This document shows, one piece after another, positions 10,001 through 18,353 of a DNA stretch of 64,000 nucleotides (the first letter of the stretch is position 1; each line of letters begins with the position of its first letter). The notes under the pieces are model-generated. The model ran no database searches. It was not told where the DNA came from and saw only the letters and a list, made by a program, of their open reading frames with translations. A program made the translations under genes and the position numbers. This DNA comes from Candidatus Omnitrophica bacterium UBA6253 (GTDB taxonomy: Bacteria > Omnitrophota > Gorgyraeia > Gygaellales > Profunditerraquicolaceae), in contig DJVP01000008.1 in assembly GCA_002441245.1 (NCBI GenBank), positions 106,540-170,539 on the forward strand, read 5' to 3'.

Positions 10001-12103
10001 ATTGAGAAAATAAATGAAATTGAACAAGAGAATTATATCTTGTCGCTTAAGGTTGGTTCTATGGAAGAGCAAAAGCGCATAGAGGGAGAACGCGGGGATA
10101 GGATGCGCGAACTGTTGGAGCAAATGACTCCGGAACAGCTAACAGCTTTATCGTCAGTTTCAGAAAGATCCTCCTCAGAAAAGACCGTTTCTTCTCCATT
10201 GGAAGAAATTATAGTATTGGCGCGTACTGTTTTCACCCGCGATCCCCAGGTTGAGTTAAATGGATTATTTGAAGATTATTCGAGCCAACGAAAGAGGTTG
10301 CTTAATTTATATGACGGAGTTGCAGGGATTGCTAAGAAAATCGCCAAGATGAATCCTGGCGTTGTGTTGTATCCGGCAAGTGGCAGTGATATTTCTGCCG
10401 CGGCATCCTATGCGGATACAATAGTAAGCATTGATAATCAGGATATTTTTACGGTTATTAATAATTTTAATTTATTTTTGGATAAAGAAGAAGCGCTTAA
10501 GGAGCAGATAAATAGCTATTTAGAGAAAAAGCTCGAGCTAGGTTTTAATTCCTCAGGCATCAGGCAGGGTTTTATCGAGTATCTTGCGGAATTAGTGTTG
10601 TTAGGAGCAGATTTAAGTACATTTAAGATAGCGGATGATCGATTCTTAGGCGATAATCGCGTTACTACAGTGGAATTTAGCATTGTGTATAACAATGGCT
10701 CAGAGCGTAAAATTCGCCATACGCATATTAAATATGTATTTGACGGCCAGCCTTTACCAGAGGATATATATGGCGAGTTAAAAAAAGTAATTGGGGACAG
10801 GGCAGATGTTTTATTATTATCTAAAGCTGGTGCTGACCTGGCTGGAGATAAGAAGTGGGTGGAGCCGATTAGCAATATATTGGCTCCGGGGACAACTATT
10901 GTTTCTGACTCTGTTTTAAATATCGCTTCTGCTAAGAAATTAGGTGTTTCTGGAAAAGATGTCGGGAACTTAGGTTTGTCGAGAAAGAATAACTATGGCT
11001 ACGCCGATAAATCAGAGAATTTAAATTTTTACGAGATACCGCTTGCCGCCTCTTCGGCTATCCAGCAGCCAAGGGTGGAGCCAAAAGAAGATCTAGGGTT
11101 TATTTCCATTAGTAATGGAGAAAAATTGTTCATGCGTAAAGGGCAGGAAGAAAATATAGTTTCAATAGCATTTGATAATAAGGATGGTGAACAAATTGGC
11201 TTTGTTGATATAATGCTTAGAGAGAGTCTTATAAATTACATATATATAGATCCAAGATTTAGAAGCGAGGGTTATTCCAAGATTATTTTGGATACCATTT
11301 TAAATAAATTACAGGATCAATCATTTATGGGCAGAGAATTTAGTTTTGTTACCTTGTATGTACAGAATCCCTTGTTAGTGGGGTATTTATTGGAAAGAAA
11401 ATTCATCCTGAATCCTTATACCCCGGATGAGCAGAAACTTATGATCGAAGTTATAATACCTAAAAAAGAAGCAAAAGAAATAAAGAACGAAGATAGTATT
11501 CCTTTATACGTGAAGGATCCTGCGAAAAGAGATGGTATTAGAGGCTACGTGAACAAGATGGGATTTAGATTAGTGGAACAACCTATTGAAGGCGAAACAA
11601 GCAACGTAACTATATATGTAAAATATACACTTTATTTCTCGGATAAAAATAGTAATACTCAAATTAACAGCGCTTCACCTGTTTATAACGAAGGACAGAG
11701 AACAGGCGGAATTGACTTTCGCGCGCTACCTATAGCCAGACAACCGGCATTGATTAAGCAAAAGGTCAACGAAAGCTTTATCCATTCGATTCCGTTAGCC
11801 CAGCTAAATAGCGAATGGCTTCAAATAGAGAATATGCTCGCGGCAGGTATTACGCCGTCAAGCGAAAGAATTAAAGAATATCTACAGTCCTGCTGTCAAA
11901 AACAGGATTTTAAGCCGGATATTGATAAAATACTGTCTTGTATTGCCGATATACTCAGGCTGGAAGAAGAACGAGTATCTAGTACGGATATATCTTTAAA
12001 AGAAATGTTGGCACTTTTAGAATCAGCTAAGCCGACTAATGAAATGCAACTTGCATTAACGCAGATTACGGTAGAAGCTAAAGAACCTGGATTAATAGAA
12101 TAA
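4025..12103 (+). CDS. giant secreted multidomain protein (2692 aa) with calcineurin-like metallophosphatase (PPP-type) domain and GNAT-like domains
   Basis: Signal peptide MKNKFPKVVYFLLCFLLIFEQSGFA. The central region has GDIHGD, GDMIDRG and GNHEN phosphoesterase motifs. GNAT motif-A-like RGRGFAVFIL and RSEGYSKIIL segments are present. A recurrent (A/S)SSPV motif is noted. Confidence 0.8.
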   Translation: MKNKFPKVVYFLLCFLLIFEQSGFAQIAGQLDISGYFTGLRNVLSQDKFRPLHLRYLAYDNVNNNFKLLLDKGDFGKAQGLSQDGAVPGEKLESSTKELLNYFFIGISLPNDSFWVNLRPDSPDNIIDPYLAQTDVGKILLEADLQLKKDTASFTSPQTREGKEYWDKLYKKSEELFGAESITIPTLTRPWIVPNEIIIRESTDNAYIYKATLKVMLEQDYLKDSKIYNFTDERFKQLNEYASGLIRKNILPKLNKDINTAKRYAPLRQVYYSLILAQWFKQKFSGRSGLYSNLIDKMNLTGLTSKDSWSKAVYFQAYQKSFKEGEYSIKEPVYTIKGQTIRSYMSGGISLGGEAMRGAIRSGVKIAGNPLMPIAVINPKGISGEFLPSGQMQIDPYSGSINIEFENAPQASSPVIEQLPVTQTDINMAKYIIGHINSRPLEPESRYSLNAELEKEPTLPSHIVVRLKENIGDGGEKIGRRVLDLDVRAGGTRLIIGPFNLYNLSDNGLGSQIFGILGQAIKDKIPEVFVGYVTNKETLEKLRIAIIRDGKAEYLDKEDNWKKAEYKAMNRAAEDEILSEVVAQTLWGSLLKRLGFDNFDIRVDLKGRSITGLQALGYIPSPEEMENKPTAILSITATKKSSSSPITTIDVIRDDNQFLPKGRTEILKADLNVCLVVVAMDKDGNRFMAHFLPSGHIQGGLSNPDLVRYYFETHLEKMLQDMPKDNVKVAIISSTKDDSLKGLLAELEKNGPAPYLITLEDIENFLKKRNINVPLEQKDDKEYMKTVTFDQEGNVKIVYLDAKGKDKERIIQLAGVSSASSPVVYSGIRGAVENLPAFSSIQQSTASSPVKKQKLVSSNLNELRAEFNAYLKNEGLDQYGNLKGLFSNETMEILINDRSAKPVFLQVLEKSDTESLQFRDLGPARQLLGYQDIEKVKELISSYSVIGIGSVKLANELAGKDKKVVVGITDRYTSEEFTLIPNYRVANNRRCYIPLPGGLFLSIKGSGQNSYSNRPAYYINDRKGKRVEGAVGIDEISELGNLAGVSLRESGMSMDLGYLPINNKLIGLEGAKEENVALVFSLSLDYHRLSKLPQIIANNGLGFLCERISAVLDAIGELDNLTDKMHIKLSSDRILKPDQLMLIIMLNMGKTEGYKQNNGLYHETLHDQDVDFTGITYDVEELIGTQSPENSGKNKELYLNGISQRVKMLLRMLNNKDTVFLFPNPVQTLRVLFKGYFENLSEEYLNLLENNQNGLAEIFQPLSSQYSQKWFSIFGKNSPEEVSAEFSKLLKEELERRGRDISKGSNLASSPVTELREAVQKLHNKEFNINGGVYVINIEKGNSIWDSRIVLKNKDNLEVGHFDLDTKRDAINNGGMLNVAEGERGRGFAVFILSKLREVFPKGKELITEIVHEESLESLKNNGSINVVPIVQLFNTAGWELIAAGYYDGIGQYHERDFAEQMSVDESNGEGGTVIARFKPKIAQAYLPGFDYLSSASSPLGPDTQVKINEAKLFNSREFGLIRKPGISIDLSQQFSRRHVVIGDIHGDFEGLKQDLRDAGLVDMGGNWIGGDTVLIQMGDMIDRGEQSFETYQYLSELRSKARFQGGDVKMLLGNHENMFFRGMSGDSKQFSDWINNLGSSEFKNILQDTIKNKGIGIARRMILTGESGEFAKWRELYLGFSEDIKKGEIQAAYEESGVLFVHGGITARNKHSVSAKGEADFLNRQLAVKNFDGVRGALWNSFGYEVDGEGVDYLQIVAHTPELREGAQVRVSPNGRVVNVDVGHWKGYGGNRGYAEIKGNRLQAYALVKDEAVSSAADVFFVDKVNRALLENPQYPMRMVEVANPEYGLRNPNEEGLGLHGTDLTKLKNILEKGLGVGQEAKAVFLGVNQKGEPFTRNEAYLSFGNVNSPGKVILVFDVTNVDVLSKWDSGKRIAIGIERINKEAVIGIIANIKDKEEIKDIVGNRRIPVYFFEPKFPGLKSLSSAKLRDVIEKINEIEQENYILSLKVGSMEEQKRIEGERGDRMRELLEQMTPEQLTALSSVSERSSSEKTVSSPLEEIIVLARTVFTRDPQVELNGLFEDYSSQRKRLLNLYDGVAGIAKKIAKMNPGVVLYPASGSDISAAASYADTIVSIDNQDIFTVINNFNLFLDKEEALKEQINSYLEKKLELGFNSSGIRQGFIEYLAELVLLGADLSTFKIADDRFLGDNRVTTVEFSIVYNNGSERKIRHTHIKYVFDGQPLPEDIYGELKKVIGDRADVLLLSKAGADLAGDKKWVEPISNILAPGTTIVSDSVLNIASAKKLGVSGKDVGNLGLSRKNNYGYADKSENLNFYEIPLAASSAIQQPRVEPKEDLGFISISNGEKLFMRKGQEENIVSIAFDNKDGEQIGFVDIMLRESLINYIYIDPRFRSEGYSKIILDTILNKLQDQSFMGREFSFVTLYVQNPLLVGYLLERKFILNPYTPDEQKLMIEVIIPKKEAKEIKNEDSIPLYVKDPAKRDGIRGYVNKMGFRLVEQPIEGETSNVTIYVKYTLYFSDKNSNTQINSASPVYNEGQRTGGIDFRALPIARQPALIKQKVNESFIHSIPLAQLNSEWLQIENMLAAGITPSSERIKEYLQSCCQKQDFKPDIDKILSCIADILRLEEERVSSTDISLKEMLALLESAKPTNEMQLALTQITVEAKEPGLIE

Positions 12104-12105
12104 TA

Positions 12106-12178
12106 AGGGGCGTCCTGCCTTTTAAGATCTCATCGGCCTTGAAGGGTATCCTTGAACGAACGCCCCTTTATTTATCTT
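12106..12178 (+). terminator. putative terminator/structured 3' element after giant gene
   Basis: An 8-bp stem aggggcgt/acgcccct encloses a long loop and is followed by the U-rich ttatttatctt. Confidence 0.35.
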
Positions 12179-12191
12179 CCCAATATTTGTC

Positions 12192-12219
12192 TTGCAATAA
12201 ACTCCTCAGAGGATAGAAT
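12192..12219 (+). promoter_or_regulatory. sigma70-like promoter for uvrD-like gene
   Basis: TTGCAA, a 16-nt spacer, then TAGAAT, about 20 nt before the ATG at 12240. Confidence 0.35.
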
Positions 12220-12239
12220 AATATGCACAAAATATCCTC

Positions 12240-14267
12240 ATGAATAAAAAAATAGATTATAAAAACGAACTTAATAAAGCGCAGCTGGAGGCGGTCGAAT
12301 CAATTAATGGCCCGTATTTGGTGATTGCCGGTGCTGGAAGCGGAAAAACACGCGTCTTAGTGCATCGGGTGGCCTATCTAGTTGAACAGGGGGTCAGGCC
12401 GGACCAGATCCTATTGCTTACCTTTACGCGCAGGGCAGCTGAGGAGATGCTGCGCCGGGCAAGCCTGCTTTTAGATGAGCGCTGCAAAAAGATATCCGGA
12501 GGCACCTTCCATTCTTTTGCAAATATGATCTTAAGGAAATATGCCAAGCTCCTGGAGATTAACAACAATTTTACTATTCTTGATCAGGCAGATGCTGAAG
12601 ATACGGTAAACTTAGTACGCACACAATTGGGTTATAATAAATCCGAAAAACGTTTTCCACGCAAACACGCAATCTTAGAAGTCATCTCTAAAAGCGTAAA
12701 TAAATCCGAAGATATCTCCGACGTACTTTATGATGAATACCCCCAGTTTATGGAGTTTGGCGAAGAGATTAAGAATATCCGCCAAGAATATAATAAATAT
12801 AAGCGTCAAAAATCACTCTTGGATTATGATGATTTGTTGGTTTTTTTGAAGAACCTGCTCAGCAAGCATGAGGATGTGCGCGCAAGCCTTTCTGTCAAGT
12901 ATAAATACATTATGGTTGATGAGTACCAGGATACCAATAAGCTTCAGGCGCATATTGCCTGTCTTTTGGCGGCAGACCATACTAACATTATGGTAGTTGG
13001 GGATGATGCCCAAAGCATTTATTCTTTCCGGGGGGCGAATTTTAAGAATATTATTGATTTCCCGAAGATCTTTAAAAATACCAAGGTTATTACTTTAGAA
13101 GAAAATTACCGTTCTACCCAGCCGATTTTAAACCTGACTAACGCCGTTATCAGTCAGGCTAAAGAAAAATTCGAAAAACACCTTTACACCAAAAAAAAGG
13201 AAGGCAATATGCCGATTTTCCTGGATTGCCCGGATGAAAATTCCCAATCCCGTTATGTCGCGAATAAAATACTTGAATTAAGGGAAGAAGGGGTAGGCTT
13301 AAAGGATATAGCCGTACTTTTCCGTTCAGGTTGGCATTCTAATGATTTAGAAATTGAACTTGCCAGCCGCAATATCCCTTTTGCAAAATATGGCGGCCAG
13401 AAGTTTGTGGAAGCAGCGCACATAAAAGACCTTTTAAGCTATCTGCGTATTGCCTATAATGCGCTCGACCAGGTGAGTTGGCTACGTGCTCTTTTGTTGA
13501 TTCCTAAAATAGGCCCTAAAACTGCAACTAAAATTATTGAGACGGTTATAGATGATACTAAAGACAAGGTGTGGCTGGATAAAAACGGGGAATTAGTCAG
13601 GTTGCTTGAATTGTTGCAAAGCGTAAATTGCCAGCGCGATGCACCGGCCAAAATAATCGAGAAATTTCTTAGCTATTATCAGCCATTATTAAAGATTAAG
13701 TACGATGATTTTAATAAACGGTTAAATGATCTGGATTCGTTATTGAGAATCGCTGATCGTTATAAAACAACAGAACAATTCCTGGTGGATATGGCTTTGG
13801 AGCCCCCGGAAAGAAGTCTGGTTGAGGCAGGCAAGAGAGATAGGGATGATTCCCCGCTTATTCTGTCAACCATACATTCAGCAAAAGGTTTGGAATGGCA
13901 TACGGTATTTTTAATTTATGTCGCTGAAGGCCATCTCCCTTCTTATCTATCGCTGGAGACAGATGACCAGATTGAAGAGGAGCGCCGTTTATTTTATGTC
14001 GCGGCTACGCGGGCCAAGGTAAATTTATTCCTATTAAAACCGCATATTGATAGATCCCCCAGGAGTTTTATGGATGGGGGCGGTTCAGTGTTTACCCAGG
14101 TTTCCCGTTTCCTGGATCAAGGCGGCCTGATTAATAAATTCGTAGATGTGCAGGGGGTTGGAGATTCAGGCGAATGGGATGACGTGGAATTGGAAGATAT
14201 TATTGGGGAAAAAACGAAAAGAAATAAAGAATTCTTTGAAACCATGGAGGAGTATTTCAGGGAATAA
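12240..14267 (+). CDS. uvrD: UvrD/PcrA-family ATP-dependent DNA helicase
   Basis: Walker A AGAGSGKT, DEYQDT (motif II), GDDAQSIY, and the C-terminal VATRAK motif. Confidence 0.85.
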   Translation: MNKKIDYKNELNKAQLEAVESINGPYLVIAGAGSGKTRVLVHRVAYLVEQGVRPDQILLLTFTRRAAEEMLRRASLLLDERCKKISGGTFHSFANMILRKYAKLLEINNNFTILDQADAEDTVNLVRTQLGYNKSEKRFPRKHAILEVISKSVNKSEDISDVLYDEYPQFMEFGEEIKNIRQEYNKYKRQKSLLDYDDLLVFLKNLLSKHEDVRASLSVKYKYIMVDEYQDTNKLQAHIACLLAADHTNIMVVGDDAQSIYSFRGANFKNIIDFPKIFKNTKVITLEENYRSTQPILNLTNAVISQAKEKFEKHLYTKKKEGNMPIFLDCPDENSQSRYVANKILELREEGVGLKDIAVLFRSGWHSNDLEIELASRNIPFAKYGGQKFVEAAHIKDLLSYLRIAYNALDQVSWLRALLLIPKIGPKTATKIIETVIDDTKDKVWLDKNGELVRLLELLQSVNCQRDAPAKIIEKFLSYYQPLLKIKYDDFNKRLNDLDSLLRIADRYKTTEQFLVDMALEPPERSLVEAGKRDRDDSPLILSTIHSAKGLEWHTVFLIYVAEGHLPSYLSLETDDQIEEERRLFYVAATRAKVNLFLLKPHIDRSPRSFMDGGGSVFTQVSRFLDQGGLINKFVDVQGVGDSGEWDDVELEDIIGEKTKRNKEFFETMEEYFRE

Positions 14268-14325
14268 ATATAAGGTGTCCGATTTTGAGCTTGAGATAGG
14301 CAGAAAACTGTGTTAAAATTTTATT

Positions 14326-14976
14326 ATGATTATTAGCCAACAAAAGCCATTGGGCGAACTACTAGACTGCCTGAAAGATTATAAGAAAATATTTCTGGTG
14401 GGGTGCGGTGAGTGCGCCACTACCTGTAAGAGCGGTGGCCAGCCTGAATTGGATAAAATGAAGGTATCTCTTGAGGCTGCAGGAAAGACGATTTCAGGTA
14501 TGTGTTTACCCGGGGCCCCTTGTATTGCTGCGCAGATCAAAACAGAACTAGCTAAGAATATGAAAGATTTTCGTAGTTCCGAGGCTGTTTTGGTTTTGGC
14601 CTGTGGTTTGGGGGTGCAGTCAGTAAAAGACAATAACCGTTTTAATCAGGAAATCATCCCGGCCAATAATACTATTTTTGGTGCAGTTATGGATGCGCAG
14701 GGCAATTTTTATGAAAAGTGTTCTATGTGTGCGGAGTGCGTTTTATCCCAGACGGCTGGAATCTGTCCGGTTACGCTTTGCCCCAAAGGGCTTTTAAACG
14801 GACCGTGCGGTGGGATGAATAATGGTAAATGTGAGGTGGATAGCGAAAAGGATTGTGCCTGGGTTTTAATTTACAGGGAATTAGAAAAAAATAACAAACT
14901 TGCGTCTCTTAGAGAAATCCGCGGCCCTAAAGATTTCAAGAAATCAGCCAGGCCGCATAAGTTGATCATGAAATAA
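14326..14976 (+). CDS. methylenetetrahydrofolate reductase C-terminal-domain-like (MetV-like) Cys-rich zinc-binding protein
   Basis: Cys-rich with GCGECATTC, and CPKGLLNGPCGG typical of the MTHFR_C family. The gene sits next to folate-related MTHFS. Confidence 0.5.
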   Translation: MIISQQKPLGELLDCLKDYKKIFLVGCGECATTCKSGGQPELDKMKVSLEAAGKTISGMCLPGAPCIAAQIKTELAKNMKDFRSSEAVLVLACGLGVQSVKDNNRFNQEIIPANNTIFGAVMDAQGNFYEKCSMCAECVLSQTAGICPVTLCPKGLLNGPCGGMNNGKCEVDSEKDCAWVLIYRELEKNNKLASLREIRGPKDFKKSARPHKLIMK

Positions 14977-14978
14977 AT

Positions 14979-15416
14979 ATGGCAGAGCAACTTCCTTATA
15001 GCGAAAAAGTTATGGATCATTTTACCAACCCCCGTAATGTCGGAGAGATACCTGATGCCAGTGGTACCGGAACTGTCGGGAATCCCGTCTGCGGGGACGT
15101 GATGAAGATGTATTTAAAAATAGAAAACGAGATAATTGTAGATATAAAATTTAAGACTTTTGGCTGTGGTGCGGCAGTTGCCACCAGCTCCATGGTTACG
15201 GAGATGGTTAAGGGGAAAACTATTGCTGAAGCGTTAACTATTACCAATAAAGCAGTCGCTGAAGCCCTGGGAGGCTTACCGGCTAAGAAAATGCATTGTT
15301 CGGTTTTAGCGGAAGAGGCCTTACGTTCGGCTTTAAAAGATTATTATAAAAAACAGGGGAAACCTGTTCCGTTTGATGATAAGGCCCACGCCCATGATGG
15401 GGAGGCTTGTTTATAA
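14979..15416 (+). CDS. nifU: NifU/IscU-like Fe-S cluster scaffold protein
   Basis: NPxNVG, GNPVCGD, FKTFGCGAA and HCS motifs of the IscU/NifU N-terminal domain. Confidence 0.85.
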   Translation: MAEQLPYSEKVMDHFTNPRNVGEIPDASGTGTVGNPVCGDVMKMYLKIENEIIVDIKFKTFGCGAAVATSSMVTEMVKGKTIAEALTITNKAVAEALGGLPAKKMHCSVLAEEALRSALKDYYKKQGKPVPFDDKAHAHDGEACL

Positions 15417-15423
15417 GGCGCTT

Positions 15424-15969
15424 ATGTTGACAAAAGCCCAAATACGTAGTAAAATTCTTTTGGCGTTAAAAACTCAGAAGGAGGAAGACCGAAACCGAAA
15501 AAGTAAGGTTATTCAGGGTAAACTTTTAAGGAATAAGGTTTTTAAAAAGGCAAAGATAGTGATGTTTTACGTTGCTTTTGGTGGTGAAGTAAGCACGGAA
15601 GAGATGATTAGGGAAGCCAAAAGAATAGGTAAGCTTATATGCGTGCCAGTTTGCAGAAAAGATAGAGAAGCTATGCAGCCAGCTATATTAGAAGACCATT
15701 CTAAATTAAAAAAAGGTCCTTACGGTGTTTTAGAACCCGTGTCAGAAACATTGGTTAAGCCAGAGGATTTGGACCTGATTGTTGTTCCAGGCCTTGCTTT
15801 TGATAAAAAGGGTAATCGCCTGGGCCGCGGCAAGGGCTGTTACGACCGTTTCTTAAGCACGCTTTCTAATAATACGCCTTCCATAGGCCTGGCTTTTGAT
15901 TTTCAAATCTTACCTTTAATACCTACCACCAATTACGACGTAAGCGTCAAGCAAGTTATCTTCTCCTAA
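15424..15969 (+). CDS. 5-formyltetrahydrofolate cyclo-ligase (MTHFS)
   Basis: VPGLAFDKKGNRLGRGKGCYDRFL C-terminal signature. The ORF track begins at 15373, overlapping nifU. The internal ATG at 15424 (MLTKAQIRSKIL) is the more likely start. Confidence 0.75.
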   Translation: MLTKAQIRSKILLALKTQKEEDRNRKSKVIQGKLLRNKVFKKAKIVMFYVAFGGEVSTEEMIREAKRIGKLICVPVCRKDREAMQPAILEDHSKLKKGPYGVLEPVSETLVKPEDLDLIVVPGLAFDKKGNRLGRGKGCYDRFLSTLSNNTPSIGLAFDFQILPLIPTTNYDVSVKQVIFS

Positions 15970-16016
15970 ATCTCCTATAGGCAGTTTAATAAGCAAGATC
16001 AACAGGGAGGATAGAA

Positions 16017-17573
16017 ATGATTCTTAATATAGTAATAATAATATTTATTGCTTTGGTTGCTACGTATTCCGGTTATTCCTTAAGGAAATATGTTGCCGAG
16101 AAAAAGCTGAAAAGCGCCGAGGCTGAAGCTGAGCATATTCTGGAGGTAGCCAATAAAGAAGTTTTGGACAAGCGCCGGGAAGCGGAGCTGGAAGCAAAAG
16201 ATCTTTTGCATCGCATGCGCCAGGATTTCGAGCATGAGACCAAAGATCGCAAGCAGGAGATTGTAAATCTTGAAAAAAGGTTAACGCAAAAAGAAGAGAA
16301 CATTGACCGCAGGCTGGATCTTTTAGAGAAAAAAGAAAAGGAAATTGACGCCCGCAACGACAACCTTAAAAAGCAGGAAGAAGCTTTAAAGTCAAAAGAC
16401 AATCAATTACATGCCTTGGTTGCAGAAGAAAAAGAAAGACTGCAGAAGATTTCTTCTCTTTCGGCTGAAGAGGCAAAGCAGATCTTGCTTGGCCGTCTTA
16501 ACGAAGAATTAAATAATGAGAAAGCGGTATTTATCAGGCGGCAGGAGGAAGAGGTGCGTAGTATCGCGGATAAAAAAGCCCGTGAGATTTTAAGCTTGGC
16601 TATCCAGCGTTGCGCAGCAGAGCATACCGTAGAGTCAACCGTAAGCGTGGTAACGTTGCCTAATGACGAAATGAAGGGCCGGGTTATCGGCCGGGAAGGC
16701 AGAAATATACGCGCTTTAGAGATGGCAACAGGCGTAGATGTAATTATTGATGATACTCCCGAGGCAGTTACTTTATCTGGTTTTGATGCTGTACGCCGGG
16801 AGATTGCCCGTTTAAGCCTGGAAAAACTTATCTCTGACGGAAGGATTCACCCCGGGCGCATTGAAGAGATTGTAGAGAAGACCAAGAAAGAGATGGATGA
16901 GAAAATACGCGAGGAAGGCGAACGGGCGGCTTTTGAAGCAGGGGTTAATGGCCTGCATCCTGAAATAATTAAACTTTTAGGAAGGCTTAAATACCGAACC
17001 AGCTATGGTCAAAATGCTTTGCAGCATTCCAAAGAAGTTTCCTTTTTATTGGGGATAATGGCTTCGGAGCTGGGGCTTGATTTTAAATTGGGTCGCAGGA
17101 TTGGCCTTTTACATGATATTGGTAAAGCGGTAGATCACCAGGTTGAAGGCACGCATGCTAAGTTAGGAGCGGATCTGGCGAAAAAATACAATGAAACACT
17201 TGAGGTTGTAGGGGCGATTGAATCGCACCACGAAGAAGCTGTGCCGCAGAGTTTATATGCGGTTTTAGCTGTAGCTGCAGATGCTGTCAGCGCCGCCCGC
17301 CCCGGAGCAAGGCGGGAAACCCTTGAAACGTATGTCAAGCGTTTAGATAAACTGGAGTCAATCGCCAACCTTTTTAAAGGGGTTGAAAAATCTTTTGCAA
17401 TTCAAGCCGGCAGAGAGATTCGCGTAATTGTCCAGCCGGAAAAGATAAATGATAATGATGCCACTGCTATGGCCAGGGATATACGCAAGAAGATCGAGGA
17501 AGGGATGGAATATCCGGGTCAGATTAAAGTCACAGTAATTCGCGAGATGCGCGCTATTGAGTACGCCAAGTAG
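16017..17573 (+). CDS. rny: ribonuclease Y
   Basis: N-terminal TM anchor, a coiled coil, a KH domain ([15 protein letters not shown]) and an HD domain (LHDIGK…H). Confidence 0.9.
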   Translation: MILNIVIIIFIALVATYSGYSLRKYVAEKKLKSAEAEAEHILEVANKEVLDKRREAELEAKDLLHRMRQDFEHETKDRKQEIVNLEKRLTQKEENIDRRLDLLEKKEKEIDARNDNLKKQEEALKSKDNQLHALVAEEKERLQKISSLSAEEAKQILLGRLNEELNNEKAVFIRRQEEEVRSIADKKAREILSLAIQRCAAEHTVESTVSVVTLPNDEMKGRVIGREGRNIRALEMATGVDVIIDDTPEAVTLSGFDAVRREIARLSLEKLISDGRIHPGRIEEIVEKTKKEMDEKIREEGERAAFEAGVNGLHPEIIKLLGRLKYRTSYGQNALQHSKEVSFLLGIMASELGLDFKLGRRIGLLHDIGKAVDHQVEGTHAKLGADLAKKYNETLEVVGAIESHHEEAVPQSLYAVLAVAADAVSAARPGARRETLETYVKRLDKLESIANLFKGVEKSFAIQAGREIRVIVQPEKINDNDATAMARDIRKKIEEGMEYPGQIKVTVIREMRAIEYAK

Positions 17574-18353
17574 ATGAAAATACTTTTTATCGGGGATATT
17601 GTTGGCAGCCCAGGAAGAGAGGCAATTAAGAAATTAGTTGTTCCTCTCAAGCAGGAGTATTCGGCAGATTTTGTGATTGCTAACGCGGAAAATGCCTCCG
17701 GCGGATCAGGGATTACTTCTAGGGTTTCCGCTGAGCTTCTTGTTTCGGGAGTGGATGTGCTTACCTCCGGAGACCATATTTGGAAAAAGAGCGAGATCTT
17801 TGAGTTAATTAAGCAGGAAGAAAGGATTCTGCGGCCTTTGAATTTTCCTAGTGGAGCGCCTGGCCGGGGGGCAGCAGTGTTTAAATCCAGAAACGGGCTA
17901 AAAATCGGAGTAATTAATGTTAATGGCCGGGTTTTTATGGAAGCCCTGGACTGTCCTTTTAAAACTGTATTAAAGGCTGTCGAGGAGCTAGCGAAAGAAA
18001 CCAAGATTATTATAGTAGATATCCATGCAGAAGCAACTTCTGAAAAGATAGCCTTAGGCTGGTATCTGGATGGTAAGGTTTCTGCTGTTTTGGGCACGCA
18101 TACGCACGTCCAGACCGCTGACGAGAAAATCCTGCCCAAAGGTTCTGCCTATATAACTGATGTAGGTATGACCGGCCCTTATGATTCAGTGATTGGCAGG
18201 AGAGTAGAGGATGTGCTTACCCGCTTCTTAAGCTCTATTCCGGTTAAATTTGAAGTTGCGCAAGATAATATCCAATTGCATGGTGCACTTGTGGAGATAG
18301 ATGAGGAAACCGGTAGGGCGGTCTCTATCTTAAGGGTGCAGAAAAAACTTTAG
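17574..18353 (+). CDS. ymdB: YmdB-like (TIGR00282) metallophosphoesterase
   Basis: GDIVGSPG, ANAENASGG and HTH motifs. It lies immediately downstream of rny, as in other bacteria. Confidence 0.8.
   Translation: MKILFIGDIVGSPGREAIKKLVVPLKQEYSADFVIANAENASGGSGITSRVSAELLVSGVDVLTSGDHIWKKSEIFELIKQEERILRPLNFPSGAPGRGAAVFKSRNGLKIGVINVNGRVFMEALDCPFKTVLKAVEELAKETKIIIVDIHAEATSEKIALGWYLDGKVSAVLGTHTHVQTADEKILPKGSAYITDVGMTGPYDSVIGRRVEDVLTRFLSSIPVKFEVAQDNIQLHGALVEIDEETGRAVSILRVQKKL

Noticed and set aside
17519-18139. 206-aa minus-strand ORF overlapping rny/ymdB, and many other 60-140 aa antisense ORFs in the track (e.g. 132-551, 5053-5313, 16073-16402, 40921-41127, 56303-56659)
   Set aside because: They lie entirely within well-supported sense-strand genes, have low-complexity Ser/Leu-rich translations and no RBS. 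They are shadow ORFs from the EK-rich coding strand.
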